Shown: one piece after another, positions 39,050 through 46,864 of the stretch
How the letters are laid out: every line of letters starts with the position of its first letter
Numbering within the stretch: the first letter of the stretch is position 1
NCBI GenBank assembly: GCA_902801795.1
Contig: CADCJQ010000002.1
Coordinates: forward strand, 1,925 to 65,924
Origin: an uncultured Erysipelotrichaceae bacterium
GTDB taxonomy: Bacteria; Bacillota_I; Bacilli_A; RF39; UBA660
Direction: 5' to 3'
DNA: 64,000 nt
Made by a program: the position numbers and the translations under genes
Notes under the pieces: model-generated
What the model saw: the letters and a program-made list of their open reading frames with translations, nothing else
Told to the model about the DNA's origin: nothing
Databases searched by the model: none

Positions 39050-39250
39050 ATATTTAACGAGAAAGTCATCCAAAGAATTATTAAATTAATTAAAAGAGAG
39101 TTATTGTTTGGTGGAAAATAACAAATTTAATAAGGAAAATACAATGATGGAGTTAAAACGGGTTATTACGTTATTAATAAAAGAGCATAGATTTCTATGA
39201 AGTAGGATGGTACCACGGTAATGCGTTCCTATACTTTATAGAAATTTTTT
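39050..39250 (+). promoter_or_regulatory. T-box leader (Tyr specifier) upstream of deoC, a dUTPase-like gene and tyrS
   Basis: Promoter TTGATT, 17 nt, TAGAAT at 39015-39043. AGAGAG and TGGTGGAAA stem I elements. UAC followed by A at 39140-39143. T-box core gtaggatggtaccacgg at 39202-39218, with a U-run downstream. The terminator helix is weak. Confidence 0.6.
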
Positions 39251-39267
39251 ATTTAGGAGGAAGAATT

Positions 39268-39981
39268 ATGAATTTAAATGAATTTATTGATTATACTAAC
39301 TTATCAAAAGTAGCAACTGCGGATGATATTATTAAATTATGTGATGAGGCTAAAAAATATCATTTTCCAGTAGTTTGTGTTAGTCCATATTATGTTAAAG
39401 CAGCCAGTGAATACTTGAAAGATTCAACAACAGAAGTATGTACAGTAATTGGATTTCCTAATGGCTATAGTACTAAAGAAGTTAAACAATATGAAGCTAT
39501 TGATGCAATTCATAATGGGGCAAAAGAAATCGATATGGTTATTAATCTTAATGCTTTAAAGAATAAAGATTATGATTATGTTAAAGATGAAATAGAAACT
39601 ATTCGTGATAGTATTGATGGTAAAGTCCTTAAAGTAATTATTGAAACTTGTTTATTAACGGATGAAGAAATTATTAAAATGACGGAAATATGTAATGAAA
39701 CCTTTGTTAATTTTATTAAAACAAGTACTGGATTTGATAAGGAAGGGGCTACTGTTGATAAAATAAAACTTATTAAAAAACATAAAAATGATGTTTTAGA
39801 AATTAAAGCTAGTGGTGGTATTAAAACAAGCGATGATGCTATAAGAATGATTGAAGCAGGAGCAACTCGTATTGGGACAAGTCATGGTGTTGATATCATA
39901 AGTCATAAATGTAATTGTGATGATGATTGCAAGTGTCATCATGAAGAATGTCATTGTCATGATAAAGAGTGTGAAAAATGA
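39268..39981 (+). CDS. deoC: Deoxyribose-phosphate aldolase with a Cys/His-rich C-terminal tail
   Basis: DMVIN, IIETCLL and FIKTSTGF (Schiff-base Lys region), then IKASGGI. The tail is HKCNCDDDCKCHHEECHCHDKECEK. Confidence 0.9.
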   Translation: MNLNEFIDYTNLSKVATADDIIKLCDEAKKYHFPVVCVSPYYVKAASEYLKDSTTEVCTVIGFPNGYSTKEVKQYEAIDAIHNGAKEIDMVINLNALKNKDYDYVKDEIETIRDSIDGKVLKVIIETCLLTDEEIIKMTEICNETFVNFIKTSTGFDKEGATVDKIKLIKKHKNDVLEIKASGGIKTSDDAIRMIEAGATRIGTSHGVDIISHKCNCDDDCKCHHEECHCHDKECEK

Positions 39982-40460
39982 ATTTAGTAAAATGGAATGA
40001 AATATATCATAATAACCAAAAGTTAGATAAGGTATTTTATGATAAGTATCAAAGTGATTCAAAAATATATGAAAAAAATGTTATTGAATTCTTAGTTGAA
40101 CTTGGAGAATTTGTTAATGAAACGAAAGTTTTTAAATATTGGACTATCAAGAAAGCAGATAAAACTAAAGTATTAGAAGAATATGCAGATACCATAACCA
40201 TGTGTTTGACTTTTATAAGAGAGTTTAAAGAAGAAATTGATGATAGTTATTTACATATTGAAACTATTGATAAATTAGAGGTAATAAATTATTTATATAG
40301 TAGAATAACATTATTAATGAAAAGAGAAAATGTTATCAAAGATATTTTTTATAATTTACTATATTTAGGAAATTTATTTGAATTTAAGGAAGAAGAAGTA
40401 TTAGATGCAATAAATAATAAACATAAAATAATAAAGAATAGATTAGAAAGTGATTATTAG
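39978..40460 (+). CDS. Dimeric dUTPase-like (all-alpha NTP-pyrophosphohydrolase, dUTPase_2-like) protein
   Basis: 160 aa. IEFLVELGEFVNETKVFKYW and LEEYADTITMCL resemble the dimeric dUTPase family. Start overlaps the deoC stop. Confidence 0.5.
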   Translation: MNLVKWNEIYHNNQKLDKVFYDKYQSDSKIYEKNVIEFLVELGEFVNETKVFKYWTIKKADKTKVLEEYADTITMCLTFIREFKEEIDDSYLHIETIDKLEVINYLYSRITLLMKRENVIKDIFYNLLYLGNLFEFKEEEVLDAINNKHKIIKNRLESDY

Positions 40461-40468
40461 GAGGAAAT

Positions 40469-41701
40469 ATGACTTTATTTGAAGAATTAAAATGGCGTGG
40501 ATTAATAAAAGATACAGCCGGAGAAGATTTAGAAAAAATTATTAATGGATGTAATGCAACATTTTATTGGGGAACAGATCCAACTGCGGATAGTTTGCAT
40601 ATTGGACACTACAGTAGTCTAATCACCGTTAAAAGACTTGCTAAGGCAGGACATCATCCCATATTATTAGTTGGAGGAGCTACAGGATTAATAGGAGATC
40701 CAAGACCAACAGCTGAAAGAGAAATCATTTCTTATGAAAAAGTTCAAAAGAATTTTGAAGGAATAAAAAAACAAGTAACAGAATTATTTAATGGAAATGT
40801 TGATGTTGTTAATAACTATGATTGGACTAAAGATATGAATATCTTAGAATTCTTAAGAGAAATAGGAAAATATATTAATGTTAATTATATGTTAGATAAA
40901 GATATTATTAAAAGAAGATTAGAAACAGGAATCACTTTTGCCGAGTTTGCTTATACTCTTTTACAAGGATATGATTTCTTACATTTATATGAAACAAGAA
41001 ATTGTATTATGCAAGTAGAAGGAAGTGATCAATGGGGTAATATCACTACTGGAATCGATTTAATTAATAAAAAATTAGGAAAGAATGCATATGCTTTTAC
41101 CATGCCTTTAATCTTAGATAGTAAAGGAGAAAAATTTGGTAAAAGTGCTGGGAATGCTTTATGGCTTGATAAAAATAAAACCTCTTCTTATGAATTTTAT
41201 CAATATTTAATTAATGCTGATGATGTTAAAATAGAAGAATATTTAAAAGTATTTACTTTTTTATCACCAGAAGAAATTATGGATATTATGAAAAAACATA
41301 ATGAACATCCAGAAGAAAGACTTGCACAAAAAACATTAGCGAAAGAATTTATTACGGATTTACATGGTAAAGAAGAATATGAAAAAGCCTTAAGAATAAG
41401 TGAAGCCTTATTTAGTGGTAATTTAAAAAGTTTAACAAGTGATGAACTTCATGATGCCTTTAATAATATTCCAAGTAGTGAAGTTAAGGAAGACAAAAAT
41501 ATCATTGATTTATTAGTGGAAACAAGTATTTGTTCTAGTAAAAGGGAAGCCAGGGAATTTGTTAATAATAATTCTATTAGTGTTAATGGTGAAAAAGTTA
41601 ATGATTTAGAATTTATTATTAAAAAAGAAAATGCTATTGTTGATAACTTTACCATAATTAGAAAAGGTAAAAAGAAATACTTTGTTATTAAACATATATA
41701 A
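40469..41701 (+). CDS. tyrS: Tyrosine--tRNA ligase
   Basis: HIGHY and KFGKS class I motifs, plus a C-terminal S4 domain. Confidence 0.95.
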   Translation: MTLFEELKWRGLIKDTAGEDLEKIINGCNATFYWGTDPTADSLHIGHYSSLITVKRLAKAGHHPILLVGGATGLIGDPRPTAEREIISYEKVQKNFEGIKKQVTELFNGNVDVVNNYDWTKDMNILEFLREIGKYINVNYMLDKDIIKRRLETGITFAEFAYTLLQGYDFLHLYETRNCIMQVEGSDQWGNITTGIDLINKKLGKNAYAFTMPLILDSKGEKFGKSAGNALWLDKNKTSSYEFYQYLINADDVKIEEYLKVFTFLSPEEIMDIMKKHNEHPEERLAQKTLAKEFITDLHGKEEYEKALRISEALFSGNLKSLTSDELHDAFNNIPSSEVKEDKNIIDLLVETSICSSKREAREFVNNNSISVNGEKVNDLEFIIKKENAIVDNFTIIRKGKKKYFVIKHI

Positions 41702-41705
41702 TAAA

Positions 41706-41747
41706 TAGACATAGTTGACATTTTATACTATGTCTATTTTGTGTAAA
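41706..41747 (+). terminator. tyrS terminator hairpin; copy A of a perfect 42-nt repeat
   Basis: tagacatagt / actatgtcta 10-bp stem followed by TTTTGTGT. Identical to 45521-45562. Confidence 0.75.
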
Positions 41748-41842
41748 ATGAAAATGTTGTCAATTATATTGTCATTTTAATTAATACTTGAATATTATGC
41801 TGAGATTCGTTATACTATTTTTAGATATCGTAAGAAAGATAG

Positions 41843-42076
41843 GTGTTATGTTTGAATAACAATATAGAAAAGATAAATAAGGCTAAAGAATTGATTGATA
41901 AAGCAATATTAAAATATAAAAAAGCTTTAGATAAACTAAGTAAAAATGAAACAGATGAAGTAAAGAAAATAAGAAGACAAATTGAAGAACAAATAGATAA
42001 ATTAAAAAAAACCAAAATAAAGTTAGATAATGTAGAGATACAAATAAATACTAATATTACTAATCAAAATAGCTAA
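41843..42076 (+). CDS. Small all-helical (coiled-coil) protein
   Basis: About 74-77 aa. The start is ambiguous (GTG 41843 or TTG 41852). Lies immediately upstream of the 945-aa gene. Confidence 0.4.
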   Translation: MLCLNNNIEKINKAKELIDKAILKYKKALDKLSKNETDEVKKIRRQIEEQIDKLKKTKIKLDNVEIQINTNITNQNS

Positions 42077-42094
42077 GAAGGTAGGTAATGAATT

Positions 42095-44932
42095 ATGGCA
42101 GCAAAAGACATTGATTTAGATTTAACGGATGTTGAATTAGCTAAAAAAGAAATAGAGGCTGCTTCTGAAGCAATAGCAGAAGGAGAAACCGCACTAGAAG
42201 AAGTTACTTCCGATAATCCTAATGTGCAACAAGAATTAGTAGAAGCACAGAACGTTGCGAGGGAGGCAGCACAAGATGCAAATAATATGCAAGAACAATT
42301 TAATAATTTTATTAATAATGCTAAAGATAAAATAAAGAATATTGCAGCTAGTTTTTCAGATTTTTTTGCAGGAAAACATGTTGAAAATGATATATCCGAA
42401 ACGAGTCAAACAGAAGTAAAAAGCAGTGAAGAAAGAATGGCTGATGTAAAAGACCGACTACAACAAGCACATGAAAAATTTCAAGAACAAAAAGATATAA
42501 TAAATAAAGGAAAAGGTGCTGCAGTTAGTATTATAGAAGATAAATCATCAATAACACTTGATGAATATCAGTCATTGGTTAATGAAGTGTTAGATTTATA
42601 TTTTAGTAAAGAGCAAGATTTGGCTGGTAAATTTAATAGCAATATTAAAATACAATTGGAAAAATTATATTTAGAAACTGCACCGAGAATAATTAATTCT
42701 GTGATTGATAGTGTATACTTAAGACAAACACAAAGAAAACTACAAAGTATAGAAGAAATATCTGAGACTGATGTTATATCTCTTAATGATTTTACATATG
42801 GTACAAAAGAGTACAATAAAGGTTTGATAGATTATAAAAACCATATTGCAGAAAATGTATCTCATTCAACAAAAGAATTTGATTTAAATAAGTATTATTC
42901 TAGTGAACAATTAGAAAATAAATCAGATTACGAAAAAAGTTTATTAGTATTGACAAATAGGGATGATTCTGCTTTTATACTTGGTAATGCGATATTAGAG
43001 TATTTCGAAATTATTGATGAAAAAAGTACTTATGAATTAAATGTTGAATTAAAAACTGTATTTAAAAACATTGATATAATAAAAAATCTTTTTTCTGTTG
43101 AATATGAAACTGCTGAAGATGTAGAGTCCTCTTATTATACTTGGAGAAATAATAAAGAAGAGACGAGCATAGGTTATCATTATTTAAATGATTTTATGGA
43201 TGTATTATTACCTCCATATTATAGTTTTTTTGAAGATAAAAATAAATTGGATGCAGAAAAATATGAGAAAATAACCAACTTTTCTCAAAGATTTAGTGAT
43301 ATAACAGAAGAAGAAATAAATAAATTAAAAGAGGACTATGAAGAAAGTGGGTCATTAGATGATGAAGTTTACGAAACGATGGCTAAACTTAATAAAATTG
43401 ATTTGCTTGATTTAGTGGAGGATTATTATTATGTTCGTGAATTTCAAACGTTAGATTTGATTTTACCTTATACTAGGGTTAATCTTGAAGTAAATGGTGA
43501 TATATATTATGTTAATATGAATGATATTGCGAATATGTATGAAAATGAAGATACTAATTATAGTACTAATTTGATAATTAAGTTGGTAGAAGATTCAAAA
43601 TTAACAAATACTAATTTAGAAGATGATGCTGTTTTCTTGAATATTAGCGGAATAAATATTCAAACATATTTGAGTAGCATAAAAAAAAGTATAGATGATA
43701 CAGGAAAATTTGATTATTTGCGTATGCTTGCAACATCTCATATAGGAGAAGATGATAAAGAAAAAAATATTATAATAAATCAAAATGGATTGGATTTTGA
43801 AACTAATGTGCAAGAAATAAAAGATTATTATGATGTATATGGCTATGAAGAATTATATCTAATTAAACATTTATATGATAATAATAGAATTGATGATAGT
43901 AATTATAATATTAATATTGCCGGTAGGCCAATTAATTGCTCATTAAAAGAATTATCTATATATTTTGATGAAGAAAATAAATTTGATTTAGAAAAGTTTG
44001 TTGATGAATTTGAACTTTCTGAATCAGAATATATGTATTTGTATAATTACAAATTAAATAATCCAGTTAACTTAGAAGATTTGAAAATTACCGCGATTAA
44101 TGAAAAGACCAGGGATTTTTATGAAAAATATGGAAGTGTTGATCAAGGAGGATTAAATAAACTATTTGAAACTAATACAGATGAGTCAAAGGAGGAGTGG
44201 AATCGATTATTAGATTTTTGCAAGGATAAATATCATTTAGCTGGTGACACTGCTTTAAGTATTATGAGATCATTAGATTCTGTTGGAGCATGTTCATATG
44301 CTGATATGTGTAATATTATTTATGAGATGTATGATTTTGATAATGAAAAATTTATGCATGATTTTAGTTATCCAATAGTTAATGAAAATGGAACACTTAA
44401 TAGTAATCAACTATTATTAGATTTATATATTTATCAAAATATTGGTGATGCAAATAATCCAGGCAGATTATTAATAAAAGATACAGAAGGAAATTTACAT
44501 GTGAATGAAAATTATCTTGATGAATACAACGAAAATTTGGATGTACATAATCAAGAGTATATGTCAGGATATGGCTATTTTAAATTAGATAAAATGAAAA
44601 GTTTTCTTCGTGATAATAATTGTAGTATTGAAGATTATCATAATTATCAATATAAAATTATTTATTTTTATGATGAAAAATATAAAGAAGAAATGAATAA
44701 AGCTTTAAATTCAGATTCTATTGTATCATTAAGTTTTGGTGATACGGCAGAGTATTATTTTTTAGGCGATAATCCATATTATTATCACATGAATAATGAT
44801 GGACACGCCGTAACCGGTGTTGGTATTACCGAAGATGGAATTATAGAAAGAACTTGGGGGGAAGTTGGGTGGACTCCCTTTGATAGCATTGGTTATGGTA
44901 ATGCTGTAATAATTTATAAAAAAGGAGAATGA
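42095..44932 (+). CDS. Large protein: helical N-terminal region, long middle region, C-terminal papain-like Cys/His pattern (candidate secreted effector/toxin)
   Basis: 945 aa with no signal peptide or TM. The C-terminus has GACSYADMC (Cys at nt 44291) and DGHAVTGVG...RTWGEVGW (His at nt 44804), which resembles the C...HAV.GY...NSWG layout of the papain fold. Confidence 0.55.
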   Translation: MAAKDIDLDLTDVELAKKEIEAASEAIAEGETALEEVTSDNPNVQQELVEAQNVAREAAQDANNMQEQFNNFINNAKDKIKNIAASFSDFFAGKHVENDISETSQTEVKSSEERMADVKDRLQQAHEKFQEQKDIINKGKGAAVSIIEDKSSITLDEYQSLVNEVLDLYFSKEQDLAGKFNSNIKIQLEKLYLETAPRIINSVIDSVYLRQTQRKLQSIEEISETDVISLNDFTYGTKEYNKGLIDYKNHIAENVSHSTKEFDLNKYYSSEQLENKSDYEKSLLVLTNRDDSAFILGNAILEYFEIIDEKSTYELNVELKTVFKNIDIIKNLFSVEYETAEDVESSYYTWRNNKEETSIGYHYLNDFMDVLLPPYYSFFEDKNKLDAEKYEKITNFSQRFSDITEEEINKLKEDYEESGSLDDEVYETMAKLNKIDLLDLVEDYYYVREFQTLDLILPYTRVNLEVNGDIYYVNMNDIANMYENEDTNYSTNLIIKLVEDSKLTNTNLEDDAVFLNISGINIQTYLSSIKKSIDDTGKFDYLRMLATSHIGEDDKEKNIIINQNGLDFETNVQEIKDYYDVYGYEELYLIKHLYDNNRIDDSNYNINIAGRPINCSLKELSIYFDEENKFDLEKFVDEFELSESEYMYLYNYKLNNPVNLEDLKITAINEKTRDFYEKYGSVDQGGLNKLFETNTDESKEEWNRLLDFCKDKYHLAGDTALSIMRSLDSVGACSYADMCNIIYEMYDFDNEKFMHDFSYPIVNENGTLNSNQLLLDLYIYQNIGDANNPGRLLIKDTEGNLHVNENYLDEYNENLDVHNQEYMSGYGYFKLDKMKSFLRDNNCSIEDYHNYQYKIIYFYDEKYKEEMNKALNSDSIVSLSFGDTAEYYFLGDNPYYYHMNNDGHAVTGVGITEDGIIERTWGEVGWTPFDSIGYGNAVIIYKKGE

Positions 44933-44938
44933 TGATAG

Positions 44939-45493
44939 ATGGAAGAGAAATATAGAAAAATTTTCTTCAGATATTTATTTAGAATATTAGATTTAAAAAA
45001 TCTTGAAGATTATTTAATGAGTAATGGTATTAATTATATTGCTAGTGAAAATAATATGTGTAATGAAGAAAAAACTTGTTATGCTTATTCTAAATATTTT
45101 TATCTATTAAATGAAATAAATTTATTAATGTTAAATGAAGAAGAAATGATGTATTTAAGAGTTATAAAATCAGATGGGGATTTAAGTGAAAGAACAATAA
45201 ATTTTATAAAGAATACTTATAGAAAAGTTATGTTTAGTAATTCAAGAGGAAGAAATAAATATTATGGTGCGATATCAGAAAGTTTTATGGCAAAAGATAA
45301 TCAAATAGTATTAGGTTTAAAAAGAGATGAAATGGGATTTTCAGCGCATAAATTAAAAACAATGGAAGAAATACAACATGATGACATAATAATTTCCCAA
45401 GTAATAAAAAAAATAGAAGAAAATAAATATAATATTGATATAAAAGTAATTACCTATAATGAATTGTTTGAAAAGCATAAAAGAGGTAATTAG
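44939..45493 (+). CDS. Hypothetical cytoplasmic protein (candidate cognate immunity or accessory protein)
   Basis: 184 aa. Begins 7 nt after the 945-aa gene and is followed by the repeated terminator. Confidence 0.4.
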   Translation: MEEKYRKIFFRYLFRILDLKNLEDYLMSNGINYIASENNMCNEEKTCYAYSKYFYLLNEINLLMLNEEEMMYLRVIKSDGDLSERTINFIKNTYRKVMFSNSRGRNKYYGAISESFMAKDNQIVLGLKRDEMGFSAHKLKTMEEIQHDDIIISQVIKKIEENKYNIDIKVITYNELFEKHKRGN

Positions 45494-45520
45494 TATATAA
45501 TAATTATTAAAATAATGTAG

Positions 45521-45562
45521 TAGACATAGTTGACATTTTATACTATGTCTATTTTGTGTAAA
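45521..45562 (+). terminator. Copy B of the 42-nt terminator repeat
   Basis: Identical to 41706-41747. Confidence 0.75.
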
Positions 45563-45628
45563 TTAAAACTTTGTAAATAGTAATTGAAAAATAAAAAAAT
45601 ATATGATATTATTTAAATAGGTGATGAT

Positions 45629-45952
45629 ATGGCTAATTATTTAGTAAAATTTAATGAACTTAAATCAAAAAATAATAAAGAAAAGGAATTACTTAGTCAA
45701 ATTGAAGAATGTATAAATAACATATCTAATATAATAGAACAATTAGATTGGGAAGGACCTTCGAAAGAGAAGTTTATTTATAGATTTAATATCTTTGTTA
45801 GTGATTTAAATAAAATGTTAGATAATTTGAGAAGTTGTCTTAATGTAACAGAGCAGTTTCATGATAGATTTTATGAAGCACATCGTAATATAAATAAAAG
45901 ATTAACGAATTTTCAAGATGAGATGGTGAATATATGGAAAATACAAGGATAA
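45629..45952 (+). CDS. WXG100-like small helical protein
   Basis: 107 aa. A W-E-G motif at residues 41-43 (nt 45749-45757) sits between two predicted helices, followed by the ...F...F pattern. Confidence 0.55.
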   Translation: MANYLVKFNELKSKNNKEKELLSQIEECINNISNIIEQLDWEGPSKEKFIYRFNIFVSDLNKMLDNLRSCLNVTEQFHDRFYEAHRNINKRLTNFQDEMVNIWKIQG

Positions 45953-46239
45953 AATGTACTATTGATGATATATCAAAAATGAAAAATATTTTTGAAGAAA
46001 ATAGTAATAAAATATTAGAATGTCTTAAAGTGATAGATAAAGATTATGAAGAAATGCCCAACATTTTAAATACGCCTAATTCAAATAAAATAATTCCTCG
46101 TTTTCAGGATTATGTAAAAGAACAAGAAAAGTATATGAATCAAAATGTTATTTATTATACAAAAGTTTTTGATACAATTATTAATGAGTATAATGAATTT
46201 TTTGTTGATACTAAAGAAAAAGTTGGAGGGGAAAAATAA
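45934..46239 (+). CDS. Small helical protein (possible WXG100/Lap-type partner)
   Basis: 101 aa. Overlaps the previous gene by 19 nt. No WXG motif. Confidence 0.4.
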   Translation: MENTRIKCTIDDISKMKNIFEENSNKILECLKVIDKDYEEMPNILNTPNSNKIIPRFQDYVKEQEKYMNQNVIYYTKVFDTIINEYNEFFVDTKEKVGGEK

Positions 46240-46838
46240 TGGCAGATCAAAATTACGATGAATATTTAGCAAAACAAGAACGAATAAGAGCTCTTGAAAA
46301 TGAAATTGCTGCACTTCAAACAGAAATTGATGATATTAATGCAAATATTGTTAAATTAACTACTGAAAAAGGAAATGCTATTAATCAAAAAAATGAATTA
46401 CAAGAAATAAAAGAAGATAGTTACGTGCTTTTAAATGAAACAAAGGAATTGTTAAATAATTTTAATTATAATGTTACTGCATGTTCTGATAATATAAATA
46501 ATATTGTTAGTAGTCATAAAAATGTTTCAAATACTAATTTGAATTTAAGTAGCAAAGATATGAATATTCAAAAAATTGGTGAATTGAGTAATAACATTAC
46601 AGATAACTTATCAAAAATATCTAATAACATTTTAGCAATGAAAAATAGTATGGATGGAAATGTTAATGAAAAAATTCAAAATCTTGAAAATATCATAAAT
46701 GATGCTCAAAATAAAATAAATGTTTTAACAACACAAATTGATAATTTAACACAGCAAATAGAAGTTTTGACTAAAATATTAGAAACTAAGAATATGGAAT
46801 TAGAAACAAAACGAGCAGAACTTAACGCTCTTTTATAA
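46239..46838 (+). CDS. Coiled-coil protein
   Basis: 199 aa with heptad-rich N- and C-termini. ATG overlaps the upstream stop. Confidence 0.5.
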   Translation: MADQNYDEYLAKQERIRALENEIAALQTEIDDINANIVKLTTEKGNAINQKNELQEIKEDSYVLLNETKELLNNFNYNVTACSDNINNIVSSHKNVSNTNLNLSSKDMNIQKIGELSNNITDNLSKISNNILAMKNSMDGNVNEKIQNLENIINDAQNKINVLTTQIDNLTQQIEVLTKILETKNMELETKRAELNALL

Positions 46839-46864
46839 TTTTAAAGAAAGGTTGGTTTATAAAT

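Noticed and set aside
41714-41749. TTGACA inside the loop of the tyrS terminator, followed by TGTGTAAAAT: a possible promoter for the downstream cassette.
   Set aside because: The spacing between the -35-like and -10-like hexamers is about 24 nt, which is too long for a sigma-A promoter. The extended -10 alone (TGtgTAAAAT) might still function, but I cannot support that from sequence alone.
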